The notes under the pieces were generated by a model, which saw only the letters and a program-made list of their open reading frames with translations, made no database searches and had not been told where the DNA came from. Below are positions 41,473 to 52,290 of a stretch of DNA of 64,000 nucleotides, one piece after another. Source of the stretch: Octopus bimaculoides (taxonomy: Eukaryota). The translations under genes and the position numbers were made by a program. Within the stretch, counting starts at the first letter, position 1, and every line of letters begins with the position of its first letter. The DNA lies in the NCBI RefSeq assembly GCF_001194135.2, contig NC_068987.1, positions 104,789,835 through 104,853,834 on the forward strand, written 5' to 3'.

Positions 41473-41651
41473 ATAGGTGCAGACACGGCTGTGTAGTAAG
41501 AAGCTTGCTTCCCAACCACATGGTTCTGGGTTCAGTCCTGCTGCGTGGCACCTTGAGCAAATGTCTGCTACTATCGCCTTGAGCCAACCAAAGCCTTGTA
41601 AGTGATTTGGTACATGGAAACTGAAAGAAGCCTGTTGTGTGTATGTGTATG

Positions 41652-41688
<37 letters not shown>

Positions 41689-41925
41689 ATATTTATGCAT
41701 GTGTGTGTGTGTATGTATGTGTGTTTGTGTCTGCTTGTCCCCACCACTATCGCTTCACAACCAATGTTGATGTGTTTATGTCCCTGTAACTTAGCAGCTC
41801 GGCAGAACAGACCATTAGAATAAGCAACATTCTTACAAAGAGTAAGTCCAGGGGTCAATTTCTTCGAGTAAAAGGTGGTGCTCCAGCATGGCCTCAGTCA
41901 AATGACTGAAACAAGTAAAAGAATG
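41059..41925. mobile_element. head-to-head pair of SINE family B copies
   Basis: Minus copy 41059-41431 and plus copy 41473-41925, separated by a short (TA)n tract. Confidence 0.85.
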
Positions 41926-43560
41926 AAAGAATATATATATATATATACACATACACACACACACATACACACACCCACATAAATAGTGATTGCTCCATCT
42001 TCACAAACGATTGGTGTCTCCTGCTTTCCTTGTTGCCAATAGCGTTTCTGACTCACTCACCATGATTTTTCAGATGACTAATTCCTACTGTAGATCTGCA
42101 TGGTTTGAAGCATAGGTGACTGAGGACATTTGTAACTTACTGCAAGCTTCCACCTGGGTAGGTCTGCATATATTGCCACTTTTCCACTGCCATAGGACAT
42201 TCAGAAGATGGAATGGAAAATGATGTCACCATAAAGAGACATCTTTGATTCTTTCATTTGTTTCAGTCATTTGACTGTGGCCATGCTGGAGCACTACCTT
42301 GAGTTGAGTAAATCGATCTCAAGACTTACTCTTTGTAAGCCTAGTACTTATTCTACCAGTCTCTTTTGCTGAACTGCTAAGTTACAAGGATGTAAACATA
42401 CCAACATCAGTTGTCAAGTGATGTTGGGGGGACAAACACAGACACACAATCATACATACATATATTCACGATATATACACAACATACATACATACATACA
42501 TATATATATACACTTTCAGTTTCTGTCTACCAAATCCACTCACATGGCTTTGGTTGGCCCAAGGCTATAGTAGAAGATGCTTGCACAAAGGTGCCATGCA
42601 GTGGGACTGAACCCAGAACCATGTGGTTGGTAAGCAAGCTACTCACCACAAAGCTACTACGTAATTGGATTGCAGTGATAAATTATTGTACAACATGAGC
42701 ACCACTCTCTGAATTTCTGTGATTAGTACCTAGTGATAGGCTGAAGTGACATGACCAGTAATCATTTGAAAATACAGGTTTTACATCAGTCTCTCCCTCC
42801 TAGAAAGATGCGATTATAACTGCTAGGGTTTCCTCACTTCTGGTAATTACATTGCATACCCTGACAACAACCAAAGGTAGTTCTGCACTCCCATGTTCAG
42901 ACGGTTTGTTATCCTATGTGCTAGTTATTCCATAGCTGGGAGCCTGAAAGGTACAACTACTATGGGTCAGAAAAGACCTAGGAACAATAGTGGCTGAGGT
43001 AGTTCCATACTCCTCAGAACCCAGGAACTCCACCCTAGGTATGACTTCAAATTTCATCCCATAGCAGAACATACATAAATACACAGGCATGGCTATAGTC
43101 AAGAAGCTTGCTTCTTGATCATGTAGTCTCAGGTCCACTAAGACAACATGATCTCAAGGTCCCACTGCACAGCACCTTGAGCAAGTATCTTCTACTACAG
43201 CCCTGGGTTAATGAAAGCATTGTGAATGAATTCAACAGGTGGAAACTGAAAGAAGCTCATTGTGTGTATTTGTGCATACCCTTGTCTTGACATCATGTGA
43301 TGATTGTAAATGAACATCACCATCAGACCAGCTGCATTAATTCAGTTCCAAGTCTTCCATTCTTGGAGACAGGTGAGGGTTGACAACAGAAGTAGCATCT
43401 GGTCATAGAAAATCTTTCTCAAACAACTGACCCATGAAATCATCAGGAAACGATTCAATAATCAACTGAGTTCCTTTAGGAAATCTTTCAAAAATGTTGC
43501 AACAAAACGCCAAAGGAAAAGTGGATGTTAAACGTTGGTGATGAGAATATACACAATATA

Positions 43561-43776
43561 CAACAGGGTGCTGAAAGGTTCCTGGTTTCAAGGGTATTGC
43601 AGAAAGCTTGACTGGAGACCCAACCTTCCAAGTTTTTACAAGGCTTAGAGAAACTGAAGGATTGCTACCATAAGTGTGGGAATCTGAGAGGAGAATATGT
43701 TCAATAAAATCATAATGAACTGATCCTCATGTATTTTCTTTTTATCTAAAGCCAGGAACTTTTCAACACCCCCTCA
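43561..43776 (+). mobile_element. mariner-derived MITE
   Basis: TA|CAACAGGGTGCTGAAAGGTTCCTGGTTT...AAAGCCAGGAACTTTTCAACACCCCCTCA|TA. Interior encodes a mariner-like C-terminus (KCGNLRGEYVQ*). Confidence 0.8.
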
Positions 43777-46565
43777 TATATATTTCAGTTTTTGTTTACC
43801 AAATCCACTCAGGGCTATAGTAGAAGACATTTGTCCAAGGTGGCATGCAGTGGGATTGAACCTAAAGCCACATGGTTGAGAAGCAGGATTTCTCAGCCAC
43901 ACAGCCATTAAATGATTATCTGTGCCATTCTTCTGTTAATTACAATCACTACTCATTATATGAACAAATTAAATTTTGAAATTTGTTTTTTGCAAAGATG
44001 TTGATCCTCATTATTTCCAGTAAATGCTCTCAGTCAATCACAACATCAGTTCTCTTTACAAAAGCCTACCAAAAAGACTATGAATAGGTGCATGGCAGAA
44101 CCAGTATGATAACCATTTGAGATCTTACACCTCATCTTGTTCATGACACATTGGTTATGAGTAACACTTACCTTCTTGTGTGTTGCATATTGATTTTGCT
44201 CCATGAAAAATCTATAAATAAGTCACTATTTCAAAGTGCTTAATTATAATTTGTTAATGGTCTCATTCTAAGTAAAGACCTTCGTTATGACTAATAAACT
44301 ATACTTTTAATGTATAGTAATAAACGTGAAATTCTGTCTGTCTGTGTCTGTTCAGACCCCTGTATCTCAGTCTACATTTGCTCTACATAGACATATTATA
44401 TCTTCTTGGAATCAGGATGATCCTGGGATTGGAAATCTGCCCTTCATTTGGTCCTTGAATATGTAGCATTGGGATGTATTTAGACATACAGACAGACAGA
44501 TATATGTCTATATATGTGAGTGAGTGTATTTTGTGTGTGTTTATCGTCCCCCTTACACCACTTGACCGCAGATGTTAGTTTGTTTACATCCCTGTAACTA
44601 AGTATTTTGGCAAATGAAACCAACAGAATAAGTACCAGACTTCAAAAAAATTAGTACTGGGGTCAATCTGTTCAGCTTAAACCTTTTAAGACTGTGCCTC
44701 AGCATGGCCGCAGTCCAATGACTGAAGCAAGTACAAGATAAAAGGAATCAAGTTATGTCTGCTGTGATCAGTGTTTAGCCCCACGCCAGCCCTATTTGAA
44801 CAGGCCTAGGGCTAAGAGCATTCCAATCATGACCATCATGGACTACAACATCCAACAAGATTTAAGGACGATTTTGCTGCTAATTTTAGCAACTACATAG
44901 AGGCTGTCTTGTTGGTTCATCCTATTAAACTAGGATCATATCTCGTTTAACTTTGATTAGGTGACATAGAAATAGCTGTGTTAATGTTAGGGGATTCACA
45001 CACAGATAGGGTTTATCTAGTTTGTAGATACTTCACTTAGGATTCTAAATTCAAGCAGGATTTTAATTAAAACTGATACATCACCTAATTTACAATCAGT
45101 TAATATGGTAGGTTATCACAGGGTGATAGTGACAAAATCCTGTGAACCTATTTCAGCAGCTGGACACTGCTAGTGAAGTAGAGCTACCAAGCGACACCTC
45201 TACATAACCATAACCACACTGGTCACCTGGTAAAAGCATTTGTCAATCTGTTAACTGATGGCATTGGATGTCTTCGAGAAGGACATGTTACATGCCATAA
45301 AAGATAGTGATGGATGACAGACCAGTGTCATGCAAGTTTCACCTAATAATGATGATGATGATGATGATGATGATTACTGCAGATTTGGTAATATGTTCTT
45401 GAAAGAAGCCCATCATCATAACTGTAACTTAACGTCCATGTTCTATGCTGGTATGGGTTGGACTGTTTGACAGGATTCAATGGGTTCAACGAGTCCACCA
45501 TACTCCAGTGTCTACTTCAGCAAGGTTTTTACAGTTGGATTTGGATGCTCTTCTTATTGCCAACCACTTTACAGTGAGTACTGGGTACTTTATTCATGCC
45601 ATCAGCATTAATGTGGTTACCAAACAGCTTACAAGACTACAGACTCCAAAGGAGAAGCTATATGCTAGAAGATGATAAAAGTATGAGAGGAAGAGTCAGA
45701 GCAGAACAGGTTTCTTGCTGTAGAGAAGCTACATTGGCTACTCATATTTAGAGATGAGGGTGGGAGTGATTGAGTGGAGCTGGAAAGTGATAAAAATAAT
45801 GATAAAAATAGTGATGATGAGGTGTCAGGGTGGACCTTCAAGGTATGAGATGGGTATATAATGAGTGTAGCAGAGGGACCAGGAGTATGGGCTAGTAGAG
45901 GCTGCAAGAGAGTATGGAGGTGAGAGATGGAGCATGGGTGAGGGGTGTGATTTATTCTTTTACTCTTTTACTTGTTTCAGTCATTTGACTGTGGCCATGC
46001 TGGAGCGCCGCCTTTAGTTGAGCAAATCGACCCCAGGACTTATTCTTTGGAAGCCTAGTACTTATTCTATCGGTCCTTTTTGCCGAACCGTTAAGTTACG
46101 GGGATGTAATCACACCAGCATCGGTTGTCAAGCGAAGTTGGGGGAACAAACACAGACACACACACACACACACANNNNNNNNNNNNNNNNNNNNNNNNNN
46201 NNNNNNNNNNNNNNNNNNNNNNNNNNNNNNNNNNNNNNNNNNNNNNNNNNNNNNNNNNNNNNNNNNNNNNNNNNNNNNNNNNNNNNNNNNNNNNNNNNNN
46301 NNNNNNNNNNNNNNNNNNNNNNNNNNNNNNNNNNNNNNNNNNNNNNNNNNNNNNNNNNNNNNNNNNNNNNNNNNNNNNNNNNNNNNNNNNNNNNNNNNNN
46401 NNNNNNNNNNNNNNNNNNNNNNNNNNNNNNNNNNNNNNNNNNNNNNNNNNNNNNNNNNNNNNNNNNNNNNNNNNNNNNNNNNNNNNNNNNNNNNNNNNNN
46501 NNNNNNNNNNNNNNNNNNNNNNNNNNNNNNNNNNNNNNNNNNNNNNNNNNNNNNNNNNNNNNNNN

Positions 46566-47227
46566 GATTATCGGATGACATTTTGAAATGGGGTTACATG
46601 CCCGAACCTCTAGGCCTCTTCAGAGATTCACAAAGGGTTACATACAGATGTAGAGCAAGAGGTAAAAACAGAGGTGTGGTAGAGACCAGAAGAAAAACAA
46701 CAGCAAAAATAAGATAGAAATAAAAATAAAAATACAATTGAAATCAAAATATAAATAATAAAAAATACAAATAAGGGTACAGCAGGAAAAAATAATAATA
46801 GTAGTAAAAAAGAATACATAAATGAAGGTATAGCATGTGGGACATGCAAACATATAAAAAAGATATATGTCATGTTTGTAGGCTTTTTGGGTGCCTTGTA
46901 TTTCTAAGGGTTTTTTTGACATATCTTTTTTATATGTTTGCATGTCCCACATGCTATACCTTCATTTATGTATTCTTTTTTACTACTATTATTATTTTTT
47001 TCCTGCTGTACACTTATTTGTATTTTCTATTTTTATTGTTATATTTTCATTTCAATTGTATTTTTATTTTTATTTCTATCTTATTTTTGCTGTTGTTTTT
47101 CTTCTGGTCTCTACCACACCTCTGTTTTTACCTCTTGCTCTTCATCTGTATGTAACCCTTTGTGAATCTCTGAAGAGGCCTAGAGGTTCGGGCATGTAAC
47201 CCCATTTCAAAATGTCATCCGATAATC
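46566..47227. repeat. long foldback (about 300-bp arms, about 45-bp loop)
   Basis: 46566-46871 is the near-perfect reverse complement of 46917-47227. The left arm abuts an N gap. Confidence 0.92.
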
Positions 47228-47522
47228 ACTCCGGAAAGGAATATTCGGATAGAATGGGGTCTGCCAAAACTAGGCCGTAACAGCTGTAAGATTAAACTTC
47301 TGTTCATCCTCTAATTCCTTATGTACTTTGTACTTCTATATGTAAACCATGTTGCCAAAATAACAGTCTGCCATGGACACCTGTGCTTTGGTTCTTTCTT
47401 TTTCTTTTCTTCCTCTCTTTTGTCACTTTTGCTATGAATTAAATTAATGAATTCAACGGGATACACCGTCTGCAAGTAGTTGGGTTCAGCATATTATCCT
47501 CCATTTTCTAATTGTTACACAT

Positions 47523-47564
<42 letters not shown>

Positions 47565-47732
47565 NNNNNNNNNNAGTCTGCCATGGACACCTGTGCTTTG
47601 GTTCTTTCTTTTTCTTTTCTTCCTCTCTTTTGTCACTTTTGCTATGAATTAAATTAATGAATTCAACGGGATACACCGTCTGCAAGTAGTTGGGTTCAGC
47701 ATATTATCCTCCATTTTCTAATTGTTACACAT

Positions 47733-47787
<55 letters not shown>

Positions 47788-48986
47788 ACGGGCTTCTTTC
47801 AGTTTCCGTCAACCAAATCCACTCACAAGGCTTTGGTCGACCCAAGGCTATAGTAGAAGACACTTGCCCAAGATGCCACGCAGTGGGACTGAACCCGGAA
47901 CCATGTGGCTGGTAAGCAAGCTACTTATCACACAGCCACTCTTGTGCCTACTGATTATTGCTAAACAATAATCAGTATGATGGTAGTAAATGCTGAGTTA
48001 AAAATTGAATTTTGTAAATATGTTTGCTTTTGTACCATTTAGGGTTCCTCAGTAGGAGAAGATGATAACTGAAATGCAAAAACAAACAGTATTCCATTTG
48101 TTATATTAAATGGAGTGGGAGATATGAAATGAATTGCTAAGCAAATTTCTTATATGGAGTTAATAAATCACATATGGTTTCTAACCCAGCATGAAGGCTT
48201 AGATTTTAAAAGTTAAAATAGAAGCTAAACAAGATGGGGTTATGGTGGTAGTTGTTTGCAGGTTGGATGTGCTGCCAAGCCAAGCTAACGACTGTGAGAG
48301 AAGTATTAGTCAAAAATAAACAGATACAAGCTTTAGGCTATCTCTATGCACATTATGATTTCAGCCAGACTCAATGCTTATTCCGAAGCTTGTATTATTA
48401 GTAGATTTGAAAACAAATTACATCCAGACGATATCATAGAAATGCAACAAGAACGGTATTATTATAAAGAAAATTTATCATCTTTGGTGGGTGTGCAGTA
48501 CTCACCTAACACACCCAGAAATGTACACCTGCTTAAATATCATTACCATCCGCATCATAAACAATAACGAGTATCTCATGTGTCTGTCTAACATATCTAT
48601 CCTTGTAATTCAAGGTGGAGTTTTCCTGTGACATATATTTCCTTTAGTAGTCAATTCATTCCAAATATCAGTAGGTGTCCTGCCAATAGGATAAAAGCTA
48701 ATACAGATGATATGTACTATCTATGTTCTACAGTTTAACAGCTGGTCAACAAGCATGTGAATGGGGGGAAATTTCCCAGGGAGACCTTCTGCGTGTAGAA
48801 CATGTATTTAAATGGTAGAGTAATATAATGTATTCGGCCAAGCATTCTTTTTAATTAATTAGAATTATATTTCTAGTAAAAGGAAAAATCATTAGCTTTA
48901 ATAATAGATTGGTGTCAGGACAAGGGAGACAACTTCACAACCTAAATTAAAAATATAGGAAGTGAGTTCATCAATGGCAATTACAT

Positions 48987-49027
48987 TGAAAACATGTTTC
49001 GGTCTTATTATAACCTCCTCAGTAAAG
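48987..49027 (-). ncRNA. decayed hammerhead-like motif
   Basis: CUGAGGA-GGUU(...)GACC-GAAAC-AU-GUU with palindromic ACAUGU. Stem I does not pair. Confidence 0.3.
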
Positions 49028-49149
49028 TATACTCTAACCAATATTTGCAAGACCTAAGGGACTGAGAGTATGAATGTTTTGAAAAACACTGACAAATCTT
49101 AGCCTTAGTTAATTTGGCAAAAGTAATGTTATAATCCTCACATCATCAA

Positions 49150-49800
49150 AACTTTCGACCATATCTAGCATGCACACCGCTTATCAAGACTACCCATCTA
49201 TAGGCTCCATACATTTCTCACCACTTAGATCTGCAGCTTCCTATCAAATCCTATCACCACATGTGCTAGCAGAGAATTTTCTGTCCTTCATTTAATCAAT
49301 TCCAGCAATCCTTAGAGTTCAGCTGGCCCCCTTTCTGCAAGATCAGAAGATATTTCAGTTCCCAACAATTGCTGTCATTCTACAAAGCTCAGGTGAGCCC
49401 AACAATAGAACACTGCTCTCACATCTGGGATGGTGCTGCTGCACTCAAAGACATCCTTGACCCCTTCCAGAAAAGAGCCATCAGATTGGTTGGCTTAAAG
49501 CCACTCACAAGCACACTCCAGCCTCCGGTTCATTGATATGCTGTCTCTGTTATCAGCCTCTTTTTTTTATTGTTCCTACCATAATGCATAATGGCCTCTG
49601 CTTTTGGTTCTAGCTGGACTCAGGCCACTCCCACCCAGGCATTCCTAACCCACTTATCTTTTCTCTCATCACCTCAACACCCCAGACACTGCACTAGTCA
49701 TTACTTGGGTCTTTCATTCTCAGAATGTCAGCTTTCAGTCCCTTCCTGCTCACATCTTTCCTTAAGTGTTGATTTGCAAAAGTCATGGCCACTGCCCTTC
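49150..49800 (+). mobile_element. CR1/Jockey-like LINE 3' remnant
   Basis: YKAQVSPTIEHCSHIWDGAA...LDPFQKRAIRLVG resembles the LYKxxVRPxLEYxxxVW...VQxRAxR RT C-terminal motif. Confidence 0.65.
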
Positions 49801-50851
49801 ATCTGGATCCACCAAGTTTACACACACACACACACACACACACATATGAAAGGTGTGGTACCTTAGGCAAGTGTCTTCAATTACAGCCTTGTAAGTGAAT
49901 TTGGTTGGTGGAAACTAAACCATATATATCATCATCATCATCATCATAAATATTTGTAGAATGTAATGCTTGTGTTTTGTGTGTTATTTCTTTCTTTGAC
50001 AACTATATTCCATGCACATTATAGGACTTCTTATAAACTTATTTGTGGAGATGTAAAGCTAATCATACAGCAAGGTAGCTAATCACCTAATTGCATGTTA
50101 AAACCCAGAAAGAGAGCCAGTCGTTATTCCCAATAATGAAAATTCACAATACCCAGTTTGAGAATCTGCAACAGATTAATTAATAGTGTGACAAATGAAG
50201 ATGCAACTGAGGACAGGTTGTAGAATCAGCATGAAACTTTAGGTTTGGGTAATATTTATCAGACTGAAGGTGACCCACGTCTCGTCTTTTTGTGTGCAGA
50301 CAGCCCTTAGCGAAATGTTTATCATCAACGGGCATATTAAATAACTGTTCTTCGACATACGGTAAGTGGATCATACTGCGGGGGTGAATATAGTATAAAT
50401 TTTGGCAAGATAAACAGGTATATAATATATATGTATACATATATAGAAAACTTAAAAAAAGATGTGCAGCACGTTTGCTTATAAGCAAGTACAAACGTGT
50501 GTGTGTATGAGTGTATGTGTTTGTGCGCGTGTGGGTACGTTCAGATAGATGAAGAGAAAGACAAATAGTGGGAGGATAGAGAGACTGCTTATTTTACTCG
50601 AGTATCATAACAGAGGCATTAAAGTTTTTTTTTTCTTGTTTTGTTTATAAAGGCTTCTTAAAAATGGGAATGAAAACTGGAGCAAATTACTGATTGGCTG
50701 TACACCGTAGTTATTTATGGTAAACTTTCTGAAAGGTGGTTCTGTGGGAAAAAAAATGTTCAAATTGGAAATGACAAGTTTAGCATTTATCAAGGAAATA
50801 TGAATGATAATAATAGCAACAACAACAACAATAACAATAATAAAAGCATAC

Positions 50852-51347
50852 CTGCGGCAAAACGGCGCCCAAAGATATTATCCCTGCGATGTTTACAACT
50901 CAGTAAACAGTTAAGTCCTATCTGAGAGTTGGCTACTTCTCGGATACACATAATGCATTCCATCCTTAATACCATGTCGCTTAGATGGGGACTGTGCACT
51001 TCGGTTAGATTACGTAAACACTGGAATAAAAGACCTAATCCATCAAATTCTAGAAATTCTTTCATCCAGTCCAAATCACTGCATTTAATTGCTCGGCACA
51101 ACTTGCCCAGGTTTTGAACTGTCGGATTACGGATCCACCACAGAAATTCTGTAGCATCACTTTCTTCGGGTTTTTTATTATGTTCATCACCAGCTCCGTC
51201 CCCGGCAACATCTTCGTCGTCGGAGCCTGGACAAATCGCTTGGCCCAGAACAAATCCATCAGAACGAGCACGTTTCGATCGATCCTTTTTACGTTTGGCG
51301 AAGCGACTGGCCTTTCCGGGCCTCATAACCACAGCCTCTTCACTCAT
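50852..51347 (-). CDS. INF2: INF2-like formin, coding exon 1 (N-terminal extension plus start of GBD/DID armadillo region)
   Basis: ATG at 51347-51345 (MSEEAVV...). NPTVQNLGKLCRAIKCSDLDWMKEFLEFDGLGLLFQCL...DMVLRMECIMCIREVANSQIGL aligns by eye with human INF2 [38 protein letters not shown]...[22 protein letters not shown]. Ends at phase-1 donor GCAG|GTATGC. 496 nt. Orthology versus paralogy not tested. Confidence 0.9.
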
Positions 51348-52069
51348 GATGAATAGTTTGTAGTTTTTTCTTTTGGTTTTTTTTTCTTTCAATCTGTAGT
51401 TCTATCAATACACGTAAAAATGTGTGTGTGCGCGCGCGCGTGAAATTATTAGACTTATACTGCGAAAAACTTTTACATTTCTTCGTGTTTATAGAAACCT
51501 GAATTGTTGATATTTAAAAACAAAAATTCTTCTTCTAACCACAGGAGGCTTTCCGGACCAAAATAGCTACAAGCTTTGGATGTTTTGCTTCTTATTCACA
51601 TCATAACAGTAACATTGATAAGATAGAGCGTCCCGACAACTCTGATAGCAAAAATTTGGTACCATGCGTCAAGTAACAAGTTTACTGACTTTTCTGCTAA
51701 AAGTCAGGTTAGAAACAGCAGCAGCTTGACGTGGTGTGGTGAAGGAAGAGTGGTGGCATTCGAAGTAGGAGAGAAGACATTCTTCGGCAACAAGCGCAGC
51801 AAGTGTAATATCTATCACAAGCCATATCCATAGTAATGCGTCAGTCAGATACTGCTATTCAGCTACAGCGAATACCCACAACAAACGTTGGTGTGTGTAG
51901 TAAATATCAATGTTTTCATTAGCATTCATCTAAAAAGCAAGAGAACATCTTTTTTTTAATACGAGTGCTGAGAATCAAAGTTATACACCCGCCTAAAGAA
52001 ATGGTAAATTGAATCATAATCGTAATAAAATAATAAATACACTTGTAATCATAATTATATGCTAAATAT

Positions 52070-52290
52070 TTATTTCTTTATTGCTCACAGGGGGCTAAAC
52101 AGAGGGGTCAAAAAAGGACAGAAAGAGATTAAGTCGATTACATCGACCCCAGTACGTAACTGGTACTTATTTAATCGTCCCCGAAAGGATGAAAGGCAAA
52201 GTCGACCTCGGCGGAATTTCAACTCAGAACATAACAGCAGACGAAATACCGCTAAGCATTTCGCCCGGCGTGCGAACGACTCTGCCCCTC
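52070..52290 (-). mobile_element. tRNA-derived SINE family A
   Basis: Reverse complement of the family A consensus; another copy at 54295-54450. Confidence 0.8.

Noticed and set aside
47365-47778. Direct duplication of about 200 bp either side of a 10-N gap
   Set aside because: The copies are identical and flank the gap: typical unmerged contig overlap.
50180-50494. 104-aa minus ORF just inside intron 1
   Set aside because: No recognisable motif and no convincing splice pair; not needed for the formin frame.
50790-50851. Poly-Leu tail and upstream KEKKTKRK extension of the 200-aa ORF
   Set aside because: The tail is read-through into the intron after a good GT donor. The extension starts at TTG just after a possible acceptor (51395-51394) and is likely 5' UTR.
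51400-52000. Candidate formin promoter or non-coding first exon
   Set aside because: CpG-containing and plausible in position, but no specific element can be supported without TSS data.
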